DNA of 64,000 nt from assembly GCF_009914755.1 (NCBI RefSeq), contig NC_060934.1; one strand, written 5' to 3'. Position numbers and translations under genes: made by a program. Within the stretch, counting starts at the first letter, position 1. Each line of letters opens with the position of its first letter. The DNA is from the human T2T-CHM13v2.0 reference genome, Homo sapiens. The notes beneath the pieces are model-generated. The model was not told the origin of the DNA, ran no database searches, and saw only the letters and a list, made by a program, of their open reading frames with translations. Below are positions 49,540-63,094 of the stretch, in pieces.

Positions 49540-50505
49540 CATTCATCCATTCAGTTTCCCAAGCCAGAAAGCTGGGGCTTGGGCAGAATGTGTCCTTCCA
49601 ACTTGCCCTCTTTTGCTAACTGGCCACCAAGTGGTGTTGATTTCAGAGCTCAATTATTTTTAAAATCTGCCTCCTTGTCTCCTTATGTCTGCCACTGCTT
49701 TATTTCCAACACTCATCACTTACAGCTTAGACTTCACACCACTTTAATGTGTTCTCTGTAGTGACGTCAGAGTAATCTTTCTAGAATGCAAATCTAATCT
49801 TGTCACTCTTCTTCAGGATAAAGTTCAAACTCATTAACTTGACATAAAGATTCCCTGTGATTTGGTTTCAGACCCCCTCCTGAATTTTATTTCCTGATCC
49901 TCTCCCACATTCTCTCTTGTGCCATCAGACATAACAAGCCGGCAACCCTCTTCTTGCAATGTCCTTTCATACCTCTTTATCTCCTCACAGTGAAAACCCC
50001 AGCTCTGCTACTTTCTTGTGTGTGCCTTTGGGTTCATGCCTTACCTTCTCTAAGTCTCAGTACTATCATCTATAAAGTAAGGATAAATATAGGATATGAT
50101 TGATACAGTTGCTTTGACAAATATGAGATAATACATGTGAAATACGTGGATGGGTGTCTGAAATACGGAGAATGCTTTATCAGTGCTTATTCTCTCCATG
50201 TGCTCTTCCCTCTGTCTTCCCTCCCACATTCTTTGCATGGCTAACTCTTCCTCTCCTGCAAGAATCAATGAAGATGTTAACTTCTTGGGAAGCTTTCATT
50301 CCACCCCTAGGTTGATCTTAACGCTTTCTTTTTGTGTTTCTACATACCCAGTGCCATTGCACTGATCCAACTTTTTGTTTCATTGTTGCTTTGTCAAGCT
50401 CAATCTCTCTCTCTTAATTTAGTTCTTATTGTATCTTCAGTCCCTAGCATTTACATAGCCCATTAGTATATTGAGAGAATGTTTTTTAAGTGAATGAATG
50501 CATTC
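49540..50505 (+). mobile_element. L2 remnants with a nested MIR (about 49995-50185)
   Basis: cagagtaatctttctagaatgcaaatctaatcttgtcactc; 3' end tgaatgaatg; MIR core atgagataatacatgtgaaa. Confidence 0.7.
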
Positions 50506-50674
50506 GGCATAACCAAATAAAACTGAAGACTGTCTACACCTGTAGCTTAATTTAATTGTATTTTTATGTTCTCAAAGTAGATGAAATCAGTCAATGCCCA
50601 ACAGAATTAAACAAAACGTGATTCACTAATTCTTCTCTTCTTTTGTGACTTTACCTGGTATTTAAATGAAAATT

Positions 50675-50920
50675 AGGCTGAGGCAGGAAGATCACTTGAG
50701 GCCAGGAGTTCAACACCAGCCTGGGCAATATAGCAAGACTCCCTGTCTACAAAAAATTTAAAAATTGGCTGGGTGTAGTGGTGCACACCTGCAATCCCAG
50801 CCACTTGGGAGGCTGAAGCAGAAGGACTGCTTGAGCCCAGGAGTTCAAAGCTGCAGTGAGCTGTGATTGCACTGCTGCACCCCAGGCTGGGTGGCAGAAC
50901 AAGACCCTGTCAAAAACAAC
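50675..50920 (+). mobile_element. 5'-truncated AluJ
   Basis: aggctgaggcaggaagatcacttgaggccagg...gcttgagcccaggagttcaaagctgcagtgagc. Confidence 0.92.
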
Positions 50921-50950
50921 TCTAGTACTGCTTGGCTAAAATCAGAATTG

Positions 50951-51270
50951 CCCCATTTCATCCATTCTGAGATGAACTCTTTTTTTTTCACATTATACTA
51001 TCTCTGAACTGAGAATACATCTTATAGTTGATGGAATTTTATCATCTCTGTTGGCCAAATTTATATTACACAGTAATTGTCACTGTGAAAGTACAAATTG
51101 TTATTCCTGATGGCCAACTGGAAAATTGAAACCTCCTAATAATCTGGTAAATATACCATTTAAAGACTATTGTAAATATGTGATTACTGATTGTTCACTA
51201 CATACTTTTATTGATTTTTTTGATAAGATTAAGAAAGCACCAGCATCAAAACTTAGTGAAAGAGTTTGTA
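50951..51270 (+). mobile_element. Kanga/MER104-like TcMar-Tc2 fossil
   Basis: atttcatccattctgagatg...ttttttcacatt...atctctgaa; aagattaagaaagcaccagcatcaaaactt. Confidence 0.6.
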
Positions 51271-51464
51271 ACTTCTAACTTAATAACTGATTTAGACAGA
51301 GGGCATTAGTGAGTGCTAAAAGCATTGAGTAATATGTTTATGAAGGAATGGAACACTGATAAGGTCTTAGAGCATCTCTCAATAGATACTTATTAATTTA
51401 TATTAAATGACTAATTAATATAAATAAATTGAGATTAATCATCTAATTAATCAAGAGATTAAGC

Positions 51465-51665
51465 TTACCAGTATCAACAGTGGAACAAACTAATACTAGT
51501 TGCCTCCTGATGTTATGCAATTAGACATATACAACATCACCTATGTAACATTCTGCCAAAAATCTTTAACCTAAATATAGCCATGAGAAACCTGCAAACA
51601 AACCCATAATGTGAGACATTCTACAAAAAGGCAGGCATGGACTTCCTGACAAAATCAATGGCATA

Positions 51666-51716
<51 letters not shown>

Positions 51717-52130
51717 TGAGAAACTACCCCAGGCGAGAAAAGACTCAGAGATATAATAATCAACTTGATTGGAAGTTGGATTGGGGAGCAGAAAGCCACC
51801 AAAACCATTGTGAAACAACTGGGGAAGCTTTAATATGGATTTCATGTACTACTGGTTTCATGTAAATATTCTTAGGGAGGATAATGGTGTTGTGGTTATG
51901 TTGGATAATATTCTCATCATAAAGGATGCACACTAAAATATTTAGGAATGATGTGCCTTGGTGTCTGTAAGTGTATTTTCAAATGGTTCATCAAACTTTA
52001 AGTGGAAAGAGAAAGGTAAAGCAACTGTGCAATATGTGCAACATACTGAAGTTGATAGGTATGCATTGTATAATTCCCTTAACTTTCCTGTAGGATTGCT
52101 AATTTTCAACATGAAAAGCTGGGGAAAAGT
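51465..52130 (+). mobile_element. L1MC4/L1ME-like 3'UTR containing (CA)n at about 51664-51713
   Basis: tgcctcctgatgttatgca...acaacatcacctatgtaacattctgccaaaaat...gagacattctacaaaa. Confidence 0.7.
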
Positions 52131-52297
52131 AATATTATACATGTAGAACACACACACACAGATACATGCACATGGACTTGAATGCTGTCAGGAGCTTGAA
52201 AGAAAATCTTGTAGACAGTGGTGGAACACTCTTGTGTCACCAAAGCCCTTCATGATAGTGAGGCTTGGCATTGTGTATAGAATCACAGACAACTAAT

Positions 52298-52646
52298 CTT
52301 TTTCTTCTTTTTTGAGACGGAGTTGTCCATCCATGTATTTTACATGTATTATCTCATGATTGTCAGAGCAAACCTATCGATCATGTCGCCCAGGATGGAG
52401 TGTAATGGTGCAATCTTGGCTCATTGCAACCTCTGACTCCCTAGTTCAAGCGATTCTCCTGACTCAGCCTCCCAAGTAGCTGGGACTACAGGCACGTGCA
52501 ACCACGCCCAGCTAATTTTTCTATTTTTAGTAGAGATGGGGTTTCACCATGTTGGCCAGGATGGTCCCAATCTCCTGACCTCATGATCCGTCTGCCTCGG
52601 CCCCTCAAAGTGCTGGGATTACAGGCATGAGCCACCACGCCTGGCC
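52298..52646 (-). mobile_element. AluSc-like element carrying a ~60-bp non-Alu insertion near its 3' end
   Basis: gagacggagt[insert]tgtcgcccagg...ggccaggatggtc...tgacctcatgatcc...cgcctggcc. Confidence 0.95.
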
Positions 52647-53800
52647 GACAACAACTCTTAACCAGAGTAGAAGGTGAAAAAATTTTAGAAATACATTTTT
52701 ACAAAGTATTTTGAAGTTACAAACCCATTCACAAATTTATTGTTTCTATTTTCATTTTTATATAAAAAGTGTTATATGATAAAAAAAATCTAATCCTAAA
52801 AGAGCTTTTAATGAAATAAAATATAAATAGAATAAAATAAAATAAAAAGGTACGAGAGAGCATTTTCAATAGTTTAATTGGAAAAGGTTCCTTCTTAGTA
52901 ATGCATAAAATAATGGTATATCTTGTAGTGACAGCAGCTTAGATTGAGTAAAATTTGGTCAAATATCTGCAATATACAGTTCTTCTTGTGTTTATTTGTG
53001 TATGGAGTAGTGAACTCATGAGTGTCATATAACAACAGAGAAGAATATTATTTTGCAGAATGAATTGGTGGTAAGAGTGTTAATAATACCATTAACAGTA
53101 TAAACTGAAAAATTGTTATGAAATTATATGCCAGGGAATATCCATGTGCATTGGAAATTGTGGTAATTTTTATTGGGAATGAGGCAAAATAATTAGCAAA
53201 AACAAAACAAGAAAGAAGAAAAAAACTATAATAGAAACTAGCCCACAATTTCTTGTATTTAACATTTTATTATGAACATTTAACACATGCACGTTAGCAG
53301 AAAAAATAGAGCAGTTTATCCCCGAGTACTTAATCTAGATTTGATAATTACTAATATTAGTCTGATGTCCATATCTTTTGAAATGGTCAAAGAATGGGAT
53401 GTATTTATAGACAGAGTGTACGATTAGCAGACTTCTTGAAGTTTCTTCTGGATCTAAGATTTTTAAATTTGTTACCTTGGTGAACATTGAATGCATATGT
53501 ATATATGTATTCATTCACATATGTATGCATGCATACATATACAGAGTACTATGTATATGTATTCATTCACACAGGTATGCATGCATATAGAGAGAGAGAT
53601 GTAGATGGAGATGCATGTTTATAAACACATACATACCTATGTGTGCATATACGTATGTTTGCATTTGTATTCTGTGGGGCCAATTTTATTGTGAGGAAGT
53701 GAAGACTAGATAGAGGATTCAGGGAGCTACCTTAGATGTAAGATTATGACTATTCTAAGTGCTTTTGTTCTTAAATTTCCTAAAATCACATCCAGGGAAA

Positions 53801-54889
53801 GATAATTCTATTTTTGACACTTTGAGGACCTTCCAGACTGTTTTCCTGAATGGCTGTCCCAATTTACATTCCCCCCAGCAGTGAACAAGGGATCCCTTTT
53901 CTCCAAGTGCTGGCCAACCCCTGCTGTCTTTTGTCTTTTCGAGAATAGCTATTCTGATAGGTGTGATGTGATATCTTACCATGGGTTTGATCGGCATTTC
54001 CCTGATGATTAGTGACATTAGCACCTTTTCATATACCTGTGGGCCATTTACAAGTCTTCTTATGAGACATCTCTATTCAGGGCCTTAGCCCACTTTTAAA
54101 AACTGGGTTTGGGGTTTTTGCTATTGAATTGTTTGAGTTTCTTATATATTTTGGATATTAGCTTCTTATCAGATATATGGTTTGCAAATATTCTGTCCTA
54201 TTCAGTGTGACACAGAAATTTCACTACTGACTATATATTCAAAGAAATGGAAACTAGTGTCTTGACGAGGTATCTGAACTCATGTTTATTACAGCACTAT
54301 TTACAATAGCCAAGCTACCAGTTCAACCTAAGAGCCCATTGGCAGATGATTGGATACAGAAAATGTGGCAGACATATACAATGGGATGTTACCAGCCTTA
54401 AAAAGAAGGAAATCCTGCCATTTGTGACAACATGAGTGAACCTGGAGGACATTACGCTAAGTGAAATAAGCCAGGCACAGAAAGATAAATACTATAAGGT
54501 CTCACTTATATTATATGTGGAATCTAGAAATGTCAAAGTCATAAAAGCAGAGAGTAGAATGGTGGTTGCCATGCAGGGGAGATGTTGGTAAAAGGTCACA
54601 AAAAGTCAGTTACGTGGGATGAATAAGTTTGGAGATCTAGTATATAGCATGACAACTGTAGTTAACAATACTATATTGTATACTTAAAATTTGGCAGAAG
54701 AGTTGTTCTTAAATGTTCTCACCGTATGCACACAAAAATCATAACTATGTGAGGTAACAGATATGTTTATTAGCTTAATTGTGGTAATAATTTCACAGTG
54801 TACACATAAATCCAAACGTCACACTGTATTCCTTAAGTATATGCAATTTTTACTTCTCAATTATACCTCAGTAAAACTGGCAAAAAAAA
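53801..54889. mobile_element. L1MA8/9-like element with a 5' inversion (antisense 53801-~54207, sense ~54208-54889)
   Basis: Antisense ORF2-end segment followed by a sense segment running through the 3'UTR to a short A tail. Confidence 0.85.
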
Positions 54890-57355
54890 GCAGCAAAGTT
54901 AATTCAGACAAAATCTCACAGTAAAAAAGAAAATTATTTAAATGAGTATATATAAAAATGGAAACTGCTTTCCAGATACAGTTTGAATATCTAAAATAAG
55001 TACAAGTTATGATTCTTTGCTTGAAAATTTAAAATTCTGAATAAACCCATCATACAGTTGAATAATTTTACTCTGAATTGATTTACCAGTTTTCACCTAC
55101 TGTTCCACTCCTAATTCTTTTCATATTTTCTTCTCATCTTCTGATTCCCATTGCAGGTTTTCTATAAATTTAATTCTGGTTATCTGGATTTTTATTCTTG
55201 CCATATATATGTATGTACCATGCAGGCGGAGCTGAAACCTTGCAATTGGAATATGTATATCCATCTATCTTCAGCTCTGCCTGTGTACCATGCTCTATTT
55301 GGTTAGTATGCATTCTTCCATCTCTAAGGAATTATTGATTTGGATGTAGCTGGGCTACTCCAATGTGAGTCAGTTTGAAAATGCTATTTTTATTCAGATT
55401 AAAGAATTTGGGATTCAACAAGTCAATAGCATATGGAGGATGTCAAACTGTTTCAGTCCCTAAGCAGTGTTTGCAGATACCCTGGGGTGTGGGATAAACT
55501 GTGTATGGATTATTCAGGTTTGACTGCATAGCACTCTATTTTAATTCCATTTTACGTTAATAGCAATGCAGAATGTGTAAGAGCAGCAAGTCAATTGAAC
55601 TACAAGGGATGCATTGAATCATTGATTTTGAACACTGCAGTCATAGTGCTTTGCAAGAAATAAAATATTGATTAAAACAAACTAAAGTGATTTTTCTCTA
55701 CTTTCTTTATTTAAAGGTATTTTATTTAACATTTGGATTTTACTAGTTAGTAGTGGCATGCAATAAATATGAGGAATATTTGAGACTATTTAGAGATCAT
55801 CCAATGACTATCAGTAAGAATCTAAGAGACTTACTATTATTTCAAAATTGACTTTTTCTAAAAGTTCGGCTTTCTATTGATGGGTTGTACAGAAATAATT
55901 TCCCTATTGATAGTTATTTGGCTCTGATCCTTGGCAGAGAGTGGAATTCTGTTAAGATTACATTAAAAACAATTTTTAAAAACTGTCACATAGAATCACT
56001 TACAAATGGCAATTTTTTTTGACAGTTTCATAATGTAATGAAAGCGGTTGGTCATTAACAGTGTTCACATAACAGAGATACACATCTCTAAAGTGCATAG
56101 CTTTAAAATTAAATGGAAATGTTGAGAATAAGCAGACACTACCAAAATAATTCCAAGTATTTTAGAGAAGTTGAACAAAGGTTAAGGCTCCCAAATCATT
56201 TCAGAAATGATAGTTTCCTCTTGGCCCAATTAGGGAACCTGAACGTGGTTATGTTGTTGTGGTTCTCAGGACCCTAATTGCACATAAAATCTCCTTCCAA
56301 ATCATAACACATGTGCTATTTCTAAGTCTCTTTCCATTATAAACAAAAGGCGAATTATTAAAATGTGGTGAGATTTCATGCAGAATTGGCAGTCAGCTTA
56401 GAGGGCAATAATTTAACACTTGCACTGCGAAATTAAAATTTACCTCCACTCATTCTAATTCCACTGACCGGCAGCAGGCAGTTGTATTTTTATTTTACTT
56501 TATTTTTATGAGAGCAGAGAGATTTAATTACTTCAGTTTAAACAGAATGGCCTACCATTGCCTGTTGACAGGGCTCTGGTGCAGGCAAATTATGGCAGAT
56601 AATGTGACGGGTCCAAAGACCTTCCTGAGGTACACCAAGGTCTCTGCTCTGAGCTGAGCTACAAAGAGGGCCTGGAGGGAGTGGCTCTGGGTCTCCTGAC
56701 AAACACTCATCCTCTTGCTAAAAAGGAAGGCACTCTGAGAGCCAGATTTGCTGCTTAAATCTGCAGCCTCTGTAGACTCTTCTCTTCTCTATTGTAAATT
56801 ATTGCTTTTGATGGAAGACAAAGTTTTGTGCCTTTTCTTTGTTTATACAGAGTAATAATAAGGCTAAAGTGTAATTTCCTCTAAAATGAGAAGTATGAAC
56901 AGCTAAATTTACTTTTTTTGTTATAGGAGATAAATCATAGCTTATCTTTATTTAGGGTAGGAATGGTCAAACTCCTCCCCTGCCCCTAAACAAACAGTTA
57001 TAGTGGTATATTTTAAATATTCCTTTTCCCCCGTGGCTGTCCCTGGAGCAGTCAATACTGTCATGGTCCCAGCTAAACAATGAGTCCAGATTTCACTGCT
57101 GGACACAATTCAGATTACTATGTCTCAGTAGAAAAATATGGAAAGAATTACAATGACCGCAAGCATTTGCTATAAAACCACACATTTAAAAAAAAAAACC
57201 TTTTAAAGCGTAAAAGCTAAATATCTTTACACATTTACAACTTAAATGCCCAATGCTGTTAAGAAATAGTACAGATGAGGAACGCAGTTTCCTTCTATTT
57301 GAAGCAATTGATGTTTCATTGCTGTATAACTATTCGGTTGCTTAAAAGATACCTC

Positions 57356-57510
57356 CAAGTCCAGCTTCATGGGCTGTGACTTGTACAGTCACTCGGGGCC
57401 CCACACTTTGTCCTTGCACTTGGTTTGATGCTCTGCTGTCACTGTCTTAGAATTCTTTTAATTTTCAGACAAGGAGCCCTTCATTTTCATTTTGCACTGG
57501 GGCCTGTCCT
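57356..57510 (+). mobile_element. MER91A (hAT-Tip100)
   Basis: ccagcttcatgggc...cttggtttgatgctctgctgtc...cattttcattttgcactgggg. Confidence 0.8.
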
Positions 57511-59881
57511 GGGTATCCCTAATTGTACATAAGCTGGTGCTGTGGCTCACAGGCTTACATTTTGTCTTCTCTTTCCTCCAAGTGTGTTGTATGGTTCTTG
57601 TCTGGGTTATGGGGTTTAGCCTATTTTTACCTTTCTGCACTGCTTCTTATGTTCCATTTTCACCGTGTTTAGATTAGAGCAGACATGAACTTCCTGTGTC
57701 TCAGCGCCGGCCATGAATCAGGCTGGGAGCTGGGACCACAGGGCTGTCAGGGGAGCTGCCTGGATCCAGCTTTAAAATAACAAGTGCTTGACAGCTTCGT
57801 TTACATAACTGCAAAATTGTGGCTATATTCTACAATGCAGTTACATGTGACATAATAACTAGGGCCTTAATTTATTTAGACCTTTTCCTTGCAATATAAT
57901 TTCCAATAAATACATCTCCCAGGGGCAGGAAGACATGGCATTTCACAGTGCTCATATTTTCCTCCCTGAATTTGGACCTGCTTTTTTTTTTTCTTGATAG
58001 TTAACAAAATGAACACTACACCTCGTAATTTTACATTTACCCTACTTGTCACAGCCTATGTGCAGGGCTTTTGAGAATAAATGGAGTGCTCGTGGAGTGC
58101 GGTTAGAACACGTTTCATTTCATTTTTAAAGTTTTCTTTCTTTTTTTTCTAATAATTTTTTCCTAAGTATCCAAAGTAGCACTAATAATTTGCTAGAGTG
58201 CAATAGAAATCAAAAATTTTCTTTAAGGCACTACAACAATGTACAGAAAATTAAGTTTAGTTTGTATATGCACTTTTAAAGTTATTTTTTAAATTTGAGG
58301 TTTCGGTTGATAACGTCTAAATGAAAAAAGAGGAAGGTGAAAGTAAATAGTGGAAAACATCCCCTTCCCTCCAGAGGAAAGAACAGTCATTGTCTTGTTA
58401 TTATTTAATATTTATCTAAGGGAAGAGACATCTAGGGCCAAGCACAATGGATGAAATTGTGCCAAAGATGAATACAATCTCTGCCTCGAGGTGCTTTCTG
58501 CTTAGGCTTGGGTCAAGAGTGCGGCCAAGGGAAGGAAGTGAGCTGAAGAATCTAGAATTCCGCTGGGTGCTGAGTGCCAAGCCACCTGCGGGTTTGGAAC
58601 AATGGCTTTGGCTGGGAAGTATTGGAGAAATTCTTCTGAAAGGTTGGAAAGCTGATGGTAAGACTTGAAGGACAACAGTTGTGATGTGTGTGCACTTATG
58701 ATCAGTACACAAGGATGAAGTTGTTGTTAATGTTGTACAAGTGCTGATTAAATAGGTAAGATGTTCTTCAGACATTGAGAAAGAGATTCTGTGGATAACC
58801 ATGAAGATCTTCAGCAGAAACCTCACCATGGCTGGCTTCGATGAACCAGGCTGCAGCTCCCAATCTGGTGGGTGGTGCAGGACATCAGTGAATATGATAA
58901 GAGTCAACATTTCTCTACAAATGGGAACTCTGAGAAATCACCTTCTTCCCAAATTATAACCTTGAGGATTTTATAGGAAATAGGCTATATCTGGCTGAAT
59001 AAAATTTGCCTTTTCTTCTCTCTGCATTCACAACTGCTTAAAATATATAATGGGTAAACATTTTGATGGTGGAGAGAGAAATAAACCCATACACATATAC
59101 ATATAAATGTGCAGCTTCTTTTGTGTGTATTTTATTTTTATTGGAGATCTTAATAATCAGTCAGCACAAGATTTCTTATGATGCCAACCAATATAGAAAG
59201 GAAATTGTATAAAAGAGAAAATTTTTGTAACTTTTTTTATGGACAACTGTCCATGAGAGAAAATCAAAAAGTAATGTAGGAAGAGCAATCAGTTCAACAC
59301 CAAGGGTTGGATACTTGGCAATGCTCAATACATTCTTAAAGAATCATTCATTTTAAGTGAGAGTCACTTCTTTTTTGCTTCTAGTTCTTAAAGTAGCTCC
59401 TCATCTTGTTGTGGGTATACTATTCAGCAAGCAGTAACAGTCACCATCTTTTAAAGGTTCTAATTTTCCTCTCTGATTTTTTTTTCTTGCATAGTGTATA
59501 GTACCAGCATATACAGTTTCTGAGTGCATGAAAAATCGTCAAAAAAGATACAGGTAGAACAGAAAGCCCAGAAATAAACCCTGCTGTAATTGCAAATGTT
59601 TTTCAATGAGGGTGCCAAGACCTTTCAATGAGGCAAGGATAGTCATTTCAGCAAATGGTACTGAGAAAACTGGATATCAAAGTGCAAAGAATAAGGTTGC
59701 ACTGTTACCGTACATTATATACAAAAATTAGCTCAAAATAGGTAACAAATCTAAACCTAAAACTGTAAAACTCTTAGAAGAAGACATAGAAGAAAAACTT
59801 TATGACATTGGATTTGGCAATCATTTCTTTGTTATGGCAACAAAAGTACATGTAACAACAAAAACAAAATAGATATACTGA

Positions 59882-60232
59882 TGTATTAGTCTTTTTTCAC
59901 ACTGCTGATAAAGACATACCCAAGACTTGGAAGAAAAAGAGGTTTAATTGGACTTACAGTTCCACATGGCTGGGGAGACCTCAGAGTCATGGCAGGAGGC
60001 AAAAGGGCACTTCTTACATGACGGTGGCAAGGGAAAAATGTGGAGGAAGCAAAAGCAGAAACCTTTGATAAACCCATCAGATCTCATGAGACTTATTCAC
60101 TATCATGAGAATAGCATGGGAAAGACCGTCCCCCATGATTCAATTACCTCCCCTTGAGTCCCTCCCACAGCACATGGGAATTCTGGGAGATACAATTCAA
60201 GTTAAGATTTGGGTAGGGACACAGCAAAACCA
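59882..60232 (-). mobile_element. THE1 (THE1C-like) solo LTR with 5-bp TSD actga
   Basis: tgtattagtc...ctgctgataaagacatacccaagact...gggacacagcaaaacca; TSD at 59877-59881 and 60233-60237. Confidence 0.93.
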
Positions 60233-60468
60233 ACTGAACTTAACCAAAATTTAAAATTTTGTGTATCAAAGATCACTATCAAGAGGATGAAAAGACAATC
60301 CACAGAATGGAAGATAATATTTTCAAATCATATATATATAGTAAGATATTAATATCCAGCATATATAAAGAACTTCTACAACTCAACAGCAACAATAAAA
60401 CAAATAACTCAATTGAAAAAATGGGCAAACTATCTGAATACATGTTTCTCCAAAGAAGATAAAAAAAT

Positions 60469-60620
60469 GGTCAGGTGCAGTGGCTTGCACCTGTAATCGC
60501 AGCTACTCAGGAAACTGAGGTGGAAGGATCACCTGAGGGAAGGATTTTGAGACCATCTTGGACAACATAGGGAAACCTCCCATCTCTAAAAAGAATAAAA
60601 AATTAAAAAACAAAAATAAA
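60469..60620 (+). mobile_element. FLAM (Alu left monomer) with TSD aaagaagata(a/t)aaaaat
   Basis: Single Alu monomer with an A-rich tail; TSD at about 60452 and 60621. Confidence 0.85.
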
Positions 60621-63094
60621 AAAGAAGATATAAAAATGGCCGATATGTACATGAAAATGTATTCAATATCACTGGCCACAAGTGAAATGCAAATCAAAAT
60701 CACAATGATACATGTCTTGACATCTATAAGGATGGCTATGTTAAAAAAAATTGGAAATAAAAAGTGTTGGTGGGGATGCGGGGAAATTAAAACTCTTGTA
60801 TATTGATGGTGGGAATGTAAAATATTTCAGCCACTGTAAAAAACAATATGGCACTTCTTCACAATGTTAAACATAGAAATACTAGAGGGTCCAGCAATTC
60901 CACTATTAGCCATATGTCCCAAATAGTGGAAAGCAGGGATTCAAACAGATACTTAAACACCAGTGTTTACAGCAGCATTATTCACAACAGCCAAAAGGTG
61001 GAAACAACCCAAATGTCTATCCACAGATGACAAAAATACACAAACATACAATAGAATGTTATTCAGCCTTAACAAGGAATGAAATGCTGACATATGTTGC
61101 CACATGGATGAAACTTGGAGACATTATACTAAGTGACATAAGCCAGACACAAAAGGAAAAATATTGTGTGATTTCAGTTATATAATGTACCTAGAAGAGG
61201 CAAATTCATAGAAACAAAGCAGAGTGGTGGCTGCCAGCAGCTGAGGGAGAGGAGAAAATGAGGAGCTGTTGTTTAATGGGTAAAAAATTTCAGTTTGAGA
61301 TGATGAGAAAGTTCTGGAGATGGATGAATGCCACTGGATTGGATAATTTAAAAGGTATCAAGAAGACTTTCTAAAATGTAAGAAAGGATACACAGGACAT
61401 TTTTTGGAGACATTTGTTTTTTCTTGCTTTGGCAGCTCATGCTTATCGATTCACTTTTTATTGTTGTGAGTTGGGGATTGGAGCTGCATATTGACTATGA
61501 GACTAGGCTACCTGCTGTAACCATATTGACTGTATTGACTCACTTAACAGTCAATAACCTACATTAAAAATAAAGTAGGTCCAGATAAATAATTAATTTG
61601 CACACTTAAACATAGACTGCAGATTTTGACTATAATTTTAGAACCAGTTAAATCTGTCTCCTAAAACTTTATATTCTGCTACTATTATCTCCCCATCACA
61701 ATTGTCAAAACAATTAGATCCTCAACAACACTGTAGGTAGACATCAAGCTAGAGAAGACTTGCATGTATGAAACGAGTTGATTCTAGGTATGTGGGTGTC
61801 ATATCTCCCCAAGGTGACAGTGACTGTCCTGAGGGGGCACGTGGCAGCACTCTGGATCCCTCACAAAGCTCATCATAGTGACATATTCCTTACGTGTTCA
61901 TTCCCCCACCCTTTACTGAATAATTTTTCTGTTTGAGGTGTTGGATGCAGGGTACAAAACCAAAAATGAAAAATTAATACCAAAGCCAAAACAACATCCC
62001 TTACTTTACTGGCAGAGACAAACAATTACAGTCCTATTGATCCTTGAGTAGGGACAAATATGAACTGGAGAGACTTGTTCAATCTAGAATATTTGAGTAA
62101 TAGTTTTCTTGGGGGATATACTTCCCAGATGGCTCCCAAAAGATGAGTAAAAGGAGCCAGACAAGGGAGGGCAATGAAATGAAGCCAAAGAAAAGTCATG
62201 GTTCTCCGGGCCCATGGGAAAAGCCAGCCTAAGAGCTGGAAGTACACAGCTTGCCTCCACATTTCTGCTTTCCACCATACCCATGTTTCATCAAACATCT
62301 CTTTTGAGTAGCCTGATGAAACACAGCTACTGAGCACACATTCCATATAAGAGCGTTGCAAAATTTACCTTCAAAAGTTGTTAATTAAAATCGACAACAG
62401 AGCCTGCCCTTCACCCTCCCTCCTCCTCATATAATTCCTGCTCTACCTGTGCTTTCTGTGATTTGCAGAGCCACCTGGTTACATGTGACCAAGCAGAGTA
62501 GGGAAAGAAGAAGGAAGCAAAGACCAATAATCATGGATGAATGGACAAGTCAGAAAATCCCTTGAGTTGTGTGTGATTTGTAATTATAATATTTTCTCCT
62601 GGGGCCTTAGTGACCCGGGCCATATTTTTTATTTACTAATTATTTTTTCACTACATGCTTCCCAAATAACCAAGTTGTCTCTTTCTACAGAGAGGGGAAT
62701 CTGGATCTAACTGTAAATAAATTAATATTTACCTGGATCTGAGTGGACAGCTTCATTTAACAACACATGAATATGCTCCTCCCATAATTAAAGGCCTTCA
62801 ATTATGAATGTTATGTTTCATGGCATAAATCTCATTGAAAAGTAACTTAAAGCAATTTAAAGTATGGATGGGCTCTGATGAAGAGTTTTTTAGAGAGGCT
62901 GTGATATTTTTATAATGCAGGGTTCCAGGAATAGTTGTGAAATTTACATGTCATTATTTTGAAGAAGGTATATGGCCTGAAAATAAGTAGAAATTAGCTG
63001 ATGAAGCTGATACACAATATGAATAAAATGAGGACACCAAAATAAACATGGTCCTTGAGCTCCTGGAATAAAATGTCATGTGCCTTTTATTTTT

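Larger units (their letters stand above)
59540..61350 (+). mobile_element. L1MB-like 3' region interrupted by a THE1 LTR and a FLAM
   Basis: agcccagaaataaaccc...aaggtggaaacaacccaaatgtctatccacagatga...gatgatgagaaagttctggagatggat. Confidence 0.85.

Noticed and set aside
62783-62806. 24-bp near-palindrome cataattaaaggccttcaattatg
   Set aside because: 11/12 pairs in AT-rich DNA is within plausible chance for 64 kb.
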